Shown: piece after piece, positions 26,201-38,543 of the stretch
Numbering within the stretch: position 1 is the first letter of the stretch
Layout of the letters: each line of letters starts with the position of its first letter
Assembly (NCBI RefSeq): GCF_037042905.1
Contig: NC_087245.1
Location: 8,744,001-8,808,000 of the forward strand
DNA from: Lytechinus pictus
Taxonomy: Eukaryota
Direction of reading: 5' to 3'
Length of the DNA: 64,000 nucleotides
Translations under genes and position numbers: made by a program
Notes under the pieces: generated by a model
What the model saw: only the letters and a program-made list of their open reading frames with translations
Database searches by the model: none
What the model was told of the DNA's origin: nothing

Positions 26201-26290
26201 ATTCTATATGCCTAATTTGGCAACCATACTTACAAAAATAGGAAGCCTAGCCCTCGGCATGCTGAATGATAAATTGCCGATATTTCTCAT
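23211..26290 (-). CDS. DDE integrase-core transposase of the IS3EU-like element; main exon 24458-23211, predicted short first exon 26290 (or 26260)-26234
   Basis: GPNHVIHIDGYDKLKPYGFAVHSAIDGFSRKVLWL, VRSDRGTEN and SNQRIESWW give D-D-E; no stops in the main exon; polypyrimidine-CAG acceptor at 24459-24461; GTAAGT donor at 26233 in phase 0 (first exon is inferred). Confidence 0.85.
25626..25781. mobile_element. hAT-like MITE in the predicted transposase intron
   Basis: agcggcggatccagg ... cctggatccgccact; gttgtaac duplicated at 25618-25625 and 25782-25789. Confidence 0.75.
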
Positions 26291-26419
26291 GTAAAAACTG
26301 CAATGATGCTCCTCTTCACTTCTAGCAGTCTAGCAAATCGTCTTGACGTCCACCATGTCACAGTCTATTGACATTTTGCTGCTCCACTTGCGCTGCGTTA
26401 CCCTAAAACGAGTTTGAAC

Positions 26420-27280
26420 ATGTCGCCTTCCCGCCTTCTCGTAGCATACACTAGGCGCCTTAGCGAGTTTGTACATGTCGCCTTCTCGCCTTCTCGTCTA
26501 AACAAAGCGCCTTGGCGAGTTTGTTTAAGTCACCTTCTCGTCTTCTCGTCTTAGACAAGGCGCCTAGGCGAGTTTGTACAAGTCGCCTTCTCGCCTTCTC
26601 GCCTCAGACAAGGCGCCTTGGCAAGTTTGTATAAGTCGCCTTCTCGCTTTCTCGTCTTAGACAAGGCGCCTAGGCGAGTTTGTACAAGTCACCTTCTCGC
26701 CTTCTCGTATCAGACAAGGCGCCTAGGCTCGTTTTTATAAGTCGCCTTCTCGCCTTCTCGTCTTAGACAAGGCGCTTAGGTGAGTTTATACAAGTCGCCT
26801 TCTCGTCTTCTCGTCTTAGACAAGGCGCTTTGGCGAGTTTGTATAAGTCACCATCTTGTCTTCTCGTCTTAGACAAAGCGCCTAGGCGAGTTTGTATAAG
26901 TCACCATCTCGCCTTCTCGTCTTAGACAAGGCGCCTTGGCGAGTTGTATAAGTCACCTTCTCGCCTCCCCGTCTTAAGCAAGGCGCCTTGGCGTGTTTGT
27001 ATAAGTCACCATCTTGTCTTCTCGTATCAGACAAGGCGCCTAGGCGAGTTTGTATAAGTCACCATCTCGCCTTCTCGTCTTAGACAAGGCGCCTTGGCGA
27101 GTTTGTACAAGTCGCCTTCTCGCCTCCCCGTCTTAAGCAAGGCGCCTTGGCGTGTTTGTATAAGTCGCTTTCTCGCCATCTCGTCTTAAAAAGGGCGCCT
27201 TGGCGAGTTTGTACAAGTCGCCTTCTCGTCTTTTTTGCCGAAACAAGGCGACTTGGCGAGTTAAACAACTCGCCTTCGCG
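26420..27280 (-). repeat. Right subterminal ~53-bp tandem array, inverted relative to 21040-21625
   Basis: tttgta(c/t)aagtc(g/a)ccttctcgccttctcgtcttagacaaggcgcct(a/t)ggcgag repeated about 16 times. Confidence 0.9.
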
Positions 27281-29346
27281 CTGCACGTTTAAGCTTCCGT
27301 AAATAAATCATATGGTCGAAAATTTGATCTCAAGAGGCACGAACAGATTGTACACCCCAAAATGGAAGACCACGAAGACACTGAATACGAAAAAGAGGAT
27401 AGCGAAGATGATTCTCAGTATGAACCTACATCTAAAAAGCACCGAGTTGCGGAGGCTATCCATGACGGCAATGCACCATCCGAGGACTCGGAAAGTGGAG
27501 GAGAGGAAGAATCAATGAATTCAGAGATGGACGAGACAGGAGAACTTGAAGATAACCAGGCTTACCATGAATGGTTAGAAATGGCCATGATAGCAACTGA
27601 GGAGTCGAGGAATGAAAAATACAAAAAGTATATCTCCAATGGTATGAGTGATGATGATGCTAAAGAAAAAGCCAATGTGAAAGTTCTATGGGCTGTTAAA
27701 CGAATCTTCTTTGACCACTACTCTAACTTCTTGCGACAGAGCTTGTACCTTGAAGATGATGACACCAATTACGAAATCCTTTCTGACATCATGAAGAAAG
27801 TAGAAAATGGCATGAAGAAGTCAAAAGCCATTCGCCGTGTATTAGCCAGACATAAGACAAAATTTGAGGGATTATTCCAATACCAGGATGAAGATGAAGA
27901 CAGCAGTGAAGAAGAAACAGATGAGACCGAAGATGGTGGCAAGTGAGGCAACGATGCGTAAGATTCAGATTGACCATAAACGAACTCTGTGAAAGAAAAT
28001 ACTGACAGTAATGATGATTGTAATTTCTGTATGTTTATGCGCATTGAAAAAAATAAACTACTGTTCACTTTAATTATGTTGTACATTTGTTTGATATTGC
28101 AGTACCTACGTCTACCAAGGGTGGAAACTTCAAATTTTCACAAGTAGAACTATCTAGCTACATACAATCCACACTTTGCCATTCTCGACCCAGGTGTTAA
28201 ATGGGTACGCGATAGGATGTGAACGTCAATGCGATTAGCTTGGCATGTGTGCACCGATAAATGGTTGCCTGGCCAGGATGCTCACAGAGAGTGGAGATGG
28301 TGCACTTTATGTGTGGAACAGTGGTGGATCCTATGACCAGGGTGATAATAATGACATATGTAAAATGCTTAGAAACCAACGTATATGAAGCGCTACATAA
28401 ATAACTATTATTGTTATCATTATTGTTATGTTATTATACAAAATCTGAAATACATCAACATCTCAGCTACCAATCTTTAAATAGACCCACCAGTTCCACC
28501 TTACCCCATCTACCACACCCTCCCCAATAAATAGGAATGGTTTGTAGATAACACATAACGCAACAACCAAGTGGAAATGACAAAACAGCGGGGGGGGGGG
28601 GGGGGGCGGGGGGAGAGGGCGTCTACTTTATAATAATGAACCAAACAAACTAAATTCGAATCTGAAGTATGAAACAATATGTAGATTATTTTATCGAATA
28701 AAATCAAGAATAATATACCAGCAATTGAATTGAATCACTAATATAGAACAAGAATAAAAATGAAAAACAGGGAAAAAAATGGTCTAAAAGTGAAGAGGAA
28801 TGCATGCGCATCATGCCCTTTATCACTGACATATATTCCACTCTAAAATCGTCAAACCGAATGACCAATCAGGTTCTATCTAATAGAATAATAATGTGTC
28901 CAAAGAAATATCAGAATGTAATTCATTGATCATATTGTATATACTCAGACCTTCACAGACAAATACATGTCTGATTATCCTGCTCAAGGAAACCAAGTGG
29001 CTAATCCCCAGATCCCCAGGTATATGGCTCAGTGACCCCCCCCCCCTTGCTCCATGAATGATTTTAGAACAAAAGAATGTGCTTCCGGATAAAGGAAGAC
29101 ACTGGGAGGATGCCTCATTAACGAATATCCACATTCCTATTGTTTACAGGATGTCATCGGAATGATGTCTTATTAACGAAGATCCGCTTCCTTATTGTCA
29201 CTGGAAGTGACCGGAAGGATTACTAATTAACCAATTTCCGCTTCCTTATTGTCACCGGAAGTCACACTAATTAACCAATTTCCGCTTCCCTATTGTTTAC
29301 CGGAAGAAGTAATTAACACCTTCAGTAGGGTATATTCTATGCTGCT

Positions 29347-31309
29347 AAAGTGACCAATTTCAAAAGTTTTATGAAAAAAGGGTATTTCAAAAGGTATAGT
29401 TTTCATATTTCCCCTGTTACAGAAAAATTTGTTTTAGATTAACTAAATAGGTTGAAAATATCAAAAAGTACTGGTCTAGATATGATGCCTGCAATATTTT
29501 TAAAAGATGGGGCAAGAAATATGTACAAACCTTTGAATTATGTTATTAATTTATCTCTTATGTCTTCTACCTTTCCTGATGATATGAAATTTGCAAAAGT
29601 TACCCCGCTACATAAAAAGAAAGATAACACTGACGTTAGTAATTATAGGCCTATAAGTGTATTAAGTGTACTGTCTAAAATTTTGGAAAAATCTGTTCAT
29701 GCTCAAGTGGAGAAATACTTTCAAGAAAGCAAGCTAATATATAAATTTCAGTCCGGCTTTCGTAACGGATATTCCACTGAAACTTGTTTAATACATTTAA
29801 CAGATTTTATCAGGAATGAAATTTCACATGGGCGCATGGTTGGAATGGTTCTCCTAGACTTACAAAAAGCCTTTGATACTGTAAATCATAACATACTTTT
29901 AAAGAAGTTAGAAGTGATGGGTTTAGACTCTGCATATGTGACATGGTTTATATCATATTTATCTAACCGTCATCAAGTAGTAACAATGCAGACGGTTCTT
30001 TCTAATTCACTGCCTATTAAATGCGGAGTCCCTCAAGGAAGCATTTTAGGCCCCATTCTTTTTATGTCTTACATCAATGATATGTGTACTTGTATTAACG
30101 AATCTAAATTAATTTTATATGCTGATGATAGTGTCTTGCTATATTCAGACACAAATCCCAAGATAATTGATAAAAAACTTAGTACAGATTTGGCAAATTG
30201 CATCGAATGGATGTCTGACAACAAGCTTAGTTTACATGTTGGAAAAACGGAAAGCATTTTATTTTGTTCGAAACGAAAGTTAAGACACACACGATTTCAA
30301 GGTTTCATATAATAATCAGGTAATTGACAGAAAAGATTCAGTAAAATATTTGGGAATTACTTTGACAAGTAATCTATCATGGACGGGTTTGGTAGACTCA
30401 ATCGCCAAAAAGGCAAATTCACGCTTAAAATTTGGGTATATATATCAAACCTGTCTGAATATGAAGTCTAGACGTATTTTATGCTTTGCTTTAATACAAT
30501 GTCTATTTGACTATGCTAATGCCGCTTGGTACGGTAGTCTGTGTGTTACGGATAAGAAAAAGTTAAGAATAATTCAAAATAAAATTGTAAGATTCATAAA
30601 TGTTTTAGGACCAAGAGCACATGTCGGATGTAATGAACTTGAAAAGGCAGGGTTACTTCATGTAGATGACAGATCACAACAATTAATATTACACCATGTG
30701 CATAAATTATTCTATTCGGATAAATTAGATCATTATATAGCAAATAATTTCACCCGTGTATCAAATATCCATAGGTACGATACTCGAAATAGTAATTTTA
30801 ATTTTGTATTACCAAAACGTGAAGGACATATAGGGAACACTTTTTATTTTAATGGCATCCAATCTTGGAATGCACTTCCTAATAAAGTAAAAGCTGTTAA
30901 TTTTTTTTCTAACTTTAAGAGTGCATTAAAGAAGCACCTAAAACTGGAAGCAACTCAAATACAGTATTACCAGTAAAATCACCCATTTTGTTCAGTTGGT
31001 TTCTAGTATTGTAGATAATGTAGGGTATGTTAAAATATATTCTTGTTTCATATATTAGGAAGATTATTGTTTGCTTCAGATGTTTGCAAATTATTTGACT
31101 GATGGATTTGTATTTTTTATACCATATTCCAGTATTTGTTGTAGTTTATACTTTTTGTTACAATATCTTAATGTTTTATACTAACTATATAGGACCCCAT
31201 TGGAAATAAGCCTTTCGGCTTCCATGGGCTATCCTGTCAAGGTATTCTTCAATTTCATTGTAATCTCCTGTGATATTCTTGACGAATAAAATCAATCAAT
31301 CAATCAATC
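29347..31309 (+). mobile_element. CR1/L2-group LINE, 3' part (reverse transcriptase + 3' UTR), degenerate
   Basis: NYRPIS, QSGFR, LDLQKAFDTVNH, GVPQGSILGPILF, YADD; a stop near 29440 and a frameshift near 30300; ends aataaa(atca)n. Confidence 0.92.
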
Positions 31310-31444
31310 TGTACCTCCTTGTTAGTTTTTAAAAAATTATGCAAAGCCTTTCATACGAATTGAGCGAAATGATATTCCATTGATTTACAATGCTATGTAT
31401 GTTTAAATTGTCACTTCCCACTCTATATTTTGGTGTTAATTGTT

Positions 31445-31621
31445 TCTGATGTTAGATATTTTGTATTTTGTATTTTTGATGTTGTTTGTTGTTGTTGTTC
31501 ATAGTTATCTTGACATGTATTTTAAACTGCAGGGCGCCTTTGTAAAGCAGTTTTAAGAACTGAACAGGCCTACCCTGCAGTATAAAATAAATAAAACAAA
31601 ATAAATAAATAAATAAATAAA
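31445..31621 (+). mobile_element. 3' tail of a LINE/SINE (stem-loop + (TAAA)n)
   Basis: gcagggcgcc...cagtt..aactg...ccctgc stem-loop followed by (aaat)n. Confidence 0.5.
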
Positions 31622-32329
31622 TTATGTAGACCTTTATAAGGTCTATGACCAGACGTCTTGCAAAACATAAAAAATAAATAAATGAAAAAAAAAAAATCAA
31701 CAATTTTATGACTGTAAATTTCCCTTCTGATATAGCTGATAACATGATTTCTACTCATCATAAAATCTCTTTTTTTTTCTAGTGTCATATTTTTATGCCT
31801 TACAAACGCCCCCCATTTCTTTTAAATATCATATTCCTCCTCCAAATTATAGAGTATAAGACAACCATATTTAGAAATTTTGGAAATTTTATTCGCACCA
31901 AATGATTATAGAGGCTTCAATCGAACCGTGGTACTGAATGCGAATTGAATAAAGTGAAAGGTATATGTTAAATCATTGATTATCTAACGTTAAAATTGTA
32001 AGCCTATCGCAACCAATGTAGCCCTCCCTTAAAATGAATAAAAAAGGAAAGAAAATGTGGCCCGTATAATAGTGTGAGCAAAACTCGCCTACCATGCCTG
32101 TGCCATGTGGAGTCCATGTTAAATCTTCCCATGTATTACGGTGTATGTACCCAAATGTAGAAGGCCTAAGGAATTTCAGGGAAACATATCCGTAAGGACC
32201 AAAATGGGTAATAAAAGTCACGATAAAGCGAGGCGAGTGAACCGAAATTTTGACTTTTTTTTGGAATGGAAAATAATTTAACATAATTAGAATATATGTA
32301 ACGAGCAGAAAATTTTGATATACGTTCTA

Positions 32330-33960
32330 TCCTGAACGAAAAAGGACCTGTCAGATACCCATGAAGACGATACATATTTCAACAATCAAATTATGCCAGC
32401 ACGAAGTGCTAACTGAAATTTTGTGACATACTGACCTAAATTTCAAAGCACTTTTGTAATCAACAATAGGATAGGTATATAACTAAACAATTGATACGAG
32501 AGCAAAGCGCGAGTGGGAATTTAAAAAAGGAGAGATTTAGACCTAAAAACGAGACACTCTATTCATGTTTTGTAAATCATGAAAAGGATAGGTAATTATA
32601 TAATTGGATATTTTTGTAATCAAGAACAGGCCTTGGTATATAACTTAATTGATGCGAGAGCGGGAATTTTGAAAAAAAGAGACTCAGACCAATAAGCGTA
32701 AAAATGTTTTGTAAATCATGGAAAGCGTAGGTAATTGGGTATTTTACATTAATAATGCGAGCGCGAAGCGCGAGCAGATTTTTTTATATATTCTGATCTG
32801 ACACTGGATAATCTAAGCACGTTTCAAATAAAGAACGAGCAGCGTATCTCAATAAACATGCGTGCACGTGTTCAAGATTTATACCTAAAATCTGGGCATT
32901 CTAAATTCCTTTTTTTAATTATGAAAATCAATATTGCGAGCGCGAAGCGCGAGCTAAAGATACTCAGATCTGAAAAGGGGCCAGCTTAAGCCTGGAGTTT
33001 AGGCACTTTTTAAAGCAGTGTGTAGGAAAATTGTGAAGTGGATGTGGATCGCACTTAATAAATAATTCGAGAGCGGAGCGCCAGCTGATATTTGTTTCAT
33101 TTTCATTTTGACCCAGGCCCCGGTATGGATATCGATCATCATATAAAAATGATGACTCTTCCGATTCCTCTTCCTAGATGAAACTTAGGCCTATCAATAT
33201 CCCATCCTGAAAAGGGACAATTCAATTATTAGGAATTCACGAAAATGTTATCTTGCCAGTGGCGTACCGTGGGTCGCAGCATTGGGGGGGGGGGGGCACC
33301 AGCAAAAATTTTGAGTCACTTAGCGAGCGCGCGAAGCGCGCTCAGTTGCCAGATATACTGACCTAATAGAGACATTTTAAGGACAGTGCCATTAAACGAA
33401 TATGTATCTCACTGATCAAATAATGCGAGCGCGAAGCGCGAGCTTAACATTTTTATATTCAGACCTTAAAAGGGTCATTATAAGCAAATGTTTGTAATCA
33501 TGATACGTACCTGTCTCGCTTAACAAACAATACGAGCGCGAAGCACGAGTTGACATTTTTGTATAGACCCCAAACAGGGACATTTTAAGGACTATATTTT
33601 AGGAATCCATTAAGAGTATACATCTCTCACCATAGTCATCTAATGCGAGTGCAAAGCACTTGCTGATTTTGTTAGAATTACTTATAAAGACATGAAGCAC
33701 TTGTAGTCATTGTAATCATGAGTAACATAGGCATGTCACTAATCAAATATTGCGAGCGCGAAGCGCGAGCTGAAAATTTAGGAACTTCAAACTTGAAGAG
33801 GGGCATTCTAAGGCTTGTTTGTAGGAATTCACTATAAGACCACACGTTTTTCACTAACCAAATGATGCGAGCCCGAAGCGCGAGCTGAAATTGTTTTTAT
33901 ATTCAGATCAGAAAAATTGACATTTTTAAAGACTGATTTTAGGAATTCATGAAGAGCATT
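32330..33960 (+). repeat. Degenerate ~105-bp tandem repeats built around GCGAGCGCGAAGCGCGAGC, including a hAT-MITE-like start at 33258
   Basis: The motif or close variants recur more than 10 times; cagtggcgtacc at ~33258. Confidence 0.7.
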
Positions 33961-33984
33961 TCTACTGAGTATAGAAGAGTATTT

Positions 33985-35075
33985 TCTACTGGTCTGACTG
34001 GTCCTAGAACTGGCCGAACTGGCCGAACTGGTCCTCGTACTGGTCTTACTGGATCAATTTATTACATGCATTTGGTTTGTTATATACCATGGTCAGTGAA
34101 ATGTGATGGAAAAGATGGTTAGTAAATTAATGTTTCTGCTGTTATTTTAAATGTGATATATGAAATTACACGTTTTCATTGTGAATTAGTTCACACACTT
34201 ATTTAGAAAGTTTTTAAACAACAATGAGTGCCATTGCAAGGATATTCCATTCTAAATCCTGATTTTTCTTTTTAAAATAGGAAATATGCAAATGAGGTAA
34301 ACCACGTGATCAGCATCATCAGAATTACTGGTATTACTGGTCTTGACCAGTTCAATTTCAAACAATGAATTACTTTAGACCAGTTGACTATATCAGAGGA
34401 ATATATCTTGCTTTGATCTTAATCATACTTAAAGGAAATAATTATTTTAATGATAATGTTAATACTTGATAATTATGATAATATTAATAATAATAATTAC
34501 AATATCAATAACAACGATAACAGTAATAAGAATGATAACAACAATGATCATAATAATGATAATGATAATAATTATGATAATTTATTATAAGAAGAATGAT
34601 GCTGATAACAACGATAACGATAATAACTTTCTCTGAATTGCAAGATTCATATTCCATAATTCGTCAAATGATCCGACTTGAAATAAAGTCATTATTTATT
34701 GGACCAGTAACACCAGTTTGATGAAAAACAATTTAACTGGTATTACTACTTTGCTTCAACTGGAATGCAATTGTTTGAACTGGTCTCCAGTTGATTTTTA
34801 CTGGTCCACTTAAAAATCAACTGGTCCAGTAAACATATACTGGAAACCAGTAAAAATCTACTGGAAACCATTTATTGGACCAGAAACACCAGTTTGATGA
34901 AAAACAATTTAACTGGTATTACTAATTGCTTCAACTGGAATGCAATTGTTGGAACTGGTCTCCAGTTGATTTTTACTGGTCCAGTTAAAAATCAACTGGC
35001 CCAGTAAAAATATACTGGAAACCAGTAAAATTCTACTGGAAACCAGTAAAAATTCTTACTGGTCTTACTGGTTTT
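33985..35075. repeat. ACTGG/CCAGT-rich repeat with a ~176-bp direct duplication and an (AAT/GAT)n microsatellite
   Basis: tttattggaccag...actggaaacca at ~34695 and ~34871; simple repeat at 34440-34625. Confidence 0.7.
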
Positions 35076-35207
35076 TCCTTCTGGGAAAGAACTCCTGCAG
35101 AACACTTTCTGTATTTTTTGTTCAAATGAGGGGATCAAGTCAATTAAAATTGTATTTTCCACTAGCTGTCCATTGTCTTGTCAACCATGTAAATTAGATG
35201 TTATTTG

Positions 35208-35536
35208 GTTGCCATGGCAATGGCTTGAGATGTAATTTACACATTTAGCAACCAAAATATCTTTGTTTAACATTGTCGAATTAGGGGAAATTAAAAATAA
35301 ATCATATTCTACAACGGTTTTTTAATCAAAATATTTATTTTTCTGGGGAAAAACAAGCCGTTGCCATGGTAACGGACCAATTGGAACTATCTTGGTGATC
35401 TTGAATATTTCTAAATTTCATATGTATTCAATTGGGAGCCTGAATATTATCATTTTGGCCATCTATATCATGTTTATTTACCATTTACATGGGAATGTAT
35501 GTTATTTTGGTGAAATTAATCCGTTGCCATGGCAAC
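35208..35536. promoter_or_regulatory. Three RFX X-box palindromes upstream of the IQCC-like start codon
   Basis: GTTGCCATGGCAAT 35208-35221, GTTGCCATGGTAAC 35360-35373, GTTGCCATGGCAAC 35523-35536. Confidence 0.45.
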
Positions 35537-35787
35537 AGCCGAAAATGGCATTTAAAAATTTACCTCCCATCTTTAAAATAAATTTTACAGCATATACTAA
35601 TGCTTGTGAAAGTTTCACTTTAGTCATAATTTGCACAATTGTTCGGTTTATAAATCCGCTCTACTATTACGATACGGTACCGGTGCATGGAGCACATGTT
35701 GTCTTATTTTGGCGGCTAATCTGAATTTTCTTCGAAGTACGTAGGACTGGTAGGAGTTACCGGTATAGAAATTGAAACAAGACGAGT

Positions 35788-38500
35788 ATGCAATCGCATC
35801 ACGAGAACAGGGAGGATTCCTTGCTACTTGTTAGCAGAATGCAGGTGAGAATGGCATAATTTGTGAAAGTTGTAAGAGACTGGAAGGTAACTTTTAGGCG
35901 ATAATCGAAGACCTGAATTGAACTAACCTGCCCGGGCCGGCGGCCGCGCCGGCGCCGAAGCTCCGCCGTCTTCAACTCACGGAGCTCTGGGGCCGGTAAC
36001 CCAGGGAGTCGCGGGCCGGAGCCCAGGGGTGGTATTCTGAAAACGTTCTTATCTTTGTTCTTATCTTTTATCTTAACTCATTGAGAGGCATACTCGTGAT
36101 ATAGGCCCCGCTCGAGAAAAAAAATTGTAATCGATCATACCTCAATATCTAGGTTGCTAACTTCAGCTCACTATATATACTCGTGATATAGGCCCCGCTG
36201 CTGTGTTGAATGGCTCAGAATGTCCGTTCGCGGGGCCTGTTTCACGAGTATAATACTATAATCGTTATATAGGCCCCGCACTACGGCACTTCAGGCACTC
36301 CAACACAGTAGCGGGGCCTATATCACGAGTATATTATTAAGCTTGCATCCTAAGATAATCGCGAAACTGGCCCCGTCCAATGCGCTTTTCCCAGCATTCG
36401 CACGTGTGTGGGGCTCGGATGACGGCTATTAGTATACTCGTTATCGAGGCCCCTTGCACTGTTAAATTATGGAAAATAACGTGGTCGTGGGGCTTGTTTC
36501 CCCGGCCGGTGAGAATTATCATGGGCGGCGCTGGAGGGGGGGGGGGGGGGAGGGCCTCCAATTTATTTTCCAAATAAACAAGGAGAGAGAATAATAAAAA
36601 TGTGTATGTATTTACTTCTTCAGAAATTTATTTGTCAATTTACTTATATATTAATATAGTTATTAACTTATTTATCAATCTATTTCTATTGATTAATTAA
36701 TGTATTTCATTCATCATTTAATTTATTTGTTTTCAGTTTTTTTGTCTTTTGTGATGTAGAGAGTCAGAGGTATTTTTAGTTTTTAATAATTTTATGTGTG
36801 GAAGTTCATTTATTTATTTATCAATGTATTTTAATTGATCAATTAATGTATTTATATTTATTCATTAATCATTTAATTTATTTGTTTAGAGAGTTTAGAG
36901 AGGGCCAAGAGGCAGCGTAGCTCAGTCGGTTAGAGCGCATGTTTCGGATAAGATCGTAGATCTCAACGTGAGGGGTTCGAGTCCCGCTCATGCCGAAACG
37001 CGTCTAACAAAAAAAGTCTGATGCTATAGCGTTGTGTGTTAGCGTGCCTCACCACTGTATTCAGTGCAGGTGTGAATACAGTTGGAAAACACTCCGTCCA
37101 TCGGAAAGGACGAAAATGTTGGTCCCGTGTATAGGAGAGGTACAACCTATGCACGTTAAAACCAATACACTATTCGTCAAAGAGTAGGGTGTTCACCCGG
37201 TGTATTGCACCTACCGGTCCCGGCAAAATCCAGGTCAAGTACCCGATGCGTTTATGCCCAGAAGGGCCCTGCATCGTATACATCCAGATCCAGATCCAGA
37301 TCCAGTCAGAGGTATCATTCGTTTTTAATTCTTTTTATGTGTGGAAGTTCATTTATTTATTTATTATCTATATATTTATTTAGTATATATATATATTTTT
37401 TTGTTATCTGAGAGGCGTGCGTAGGCCTAGGTTTTATGTTGATACAGGCTCGTACATTTCATTTATTTTTATTCATTCTGTAAGTTCTTGTGGATATACA
37501 AAATGATGACGGCAATCATTGTAAAGCTCAGAATATCTACTCTTTCACCTGGTATCCTCAGAATATTCCTCGATCATTCAGGCATGAATGACTTTAACAA
37601 TTTGAAGAAAGTATAGATATACAATCTAAATTTAAAAATAATTGTTTACCTTTTTTTAATTAGTCGTAGTTGAAGGGTGTTATAACCTTATTTTTCGTTA
37701 CATAAAAGGAATTTATATTTTATTTAAAGGTCAAGCTCACCCCAGAAAAATGTTGATTTGAATAAATAGAGAAAAATCAAACTCGCATAACGCTGGAAAT
37801 TTCATCAAAATCGGATGTAAAATATTAAAGTTGTGATATTTGAAAGTTTCGCTTATTTTTCACAAAACAGTGATATGCACAACTCATTTGCTTGCAAATG
37901 ATACAGTTGATGATGTCCCTCGCTATTTCTTTTGTTTTTTATTGTTTGAATTATACAATATTTCAATTTTCACAGATTTTACAATAAGGGCCAACGTGAC
38001 TGAACCATATATTACACATGTTTAGGGAGGAATTAATCATTGTTTCACTTGACAATGAGGAGAAAATTGGAAAATATATTTCGTATAATAAAATACTAAA
38101 GAAATAGTGAGTGGGTGGCGTCATCAGTTTCCTCATTTGCATACCGACCTGGATGTGCATATATAACTATTATTTTGAATTAAACTAAACTTCAAAATGT
38201 TAAAACTTTCTTATTTTACATCCGATTTTTATGAAATTTCAGCGTTATGATCGTTCGATTTTCCTCTTTTCTATTTAAATCAAATTTTTTGGGATGGACT
38301 TGTCCTTTAAATTAATTTTTTTATTCATGTATTTGTTTGTATTAAACTTTTTGTTTTATTTGATGTTAGACCAACAATTATCATTAATTTCTCTTTTTTG
38401 TGTATGTATTTGATCTCTCTCTCTATACCGTATATTATTATATGTATAACAAACTATATTTTGTTACCTTATAATACCACTGAAGTCAATACGTGAAACG

Positions 38501-38543
<43 letters not shown>

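Larger units (their letters stand above)
21017..27301 (-). mobile_element. IS3EU-like DNA transposon, 6285 bp
   Basis: TIRs tacggaagcttaaacgtgcagcgcgaaggcgagttgtt / aacaactcgccttcgcgctgcacgtttaagcttccgta; 6-bp TSD AATAAA (21011-21016, 27302-27307), checked against the uninterrupted arms; TAY..RTA ends with a 6-bp TSD match IS3EU; integrase-core ORF inside. Confidence 0.8.
20963..27946 (+). pseudogene. C2H2 zinc-finger gene copy (arm 4) disrupted by the IS3EU-like insertion inside the finger
   Basis: CSLCNK ends at 21016; SYGRKFDL resumes after 27307. Confidence 0.85.
13111..29346. mobile_element. Non-autonomous Polinton/Maverick-derived palindromic concatemer (arms at ~13111-15290, 16140-18255, 18256-20350, 20930-29346)
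   Basis: Termini 5'-AGCAGCATAG...CTATGCTGCT-3'; 6-bp TSD AAAGTG at 13105-13110 and 29347-29352; multi-kb inverted arms; no pPolB, capsid or ATPase ORF in the arms. Confidence 0.8.

Noticed and set aside
13111..29346. Palindromes as a long-read fold-back assembly artefact
   Set aside because: The exact outer TSD, structured arm variants, different array lengths and a nested insertion in only one arm favour a real structure; read confirmation is still advisable
36910..36990. tRNA gene
   Set aside because: A/B boxes are present but there is no clean cloverleaf or poly-T terminator, and it continues into a SINE body and tandem tail
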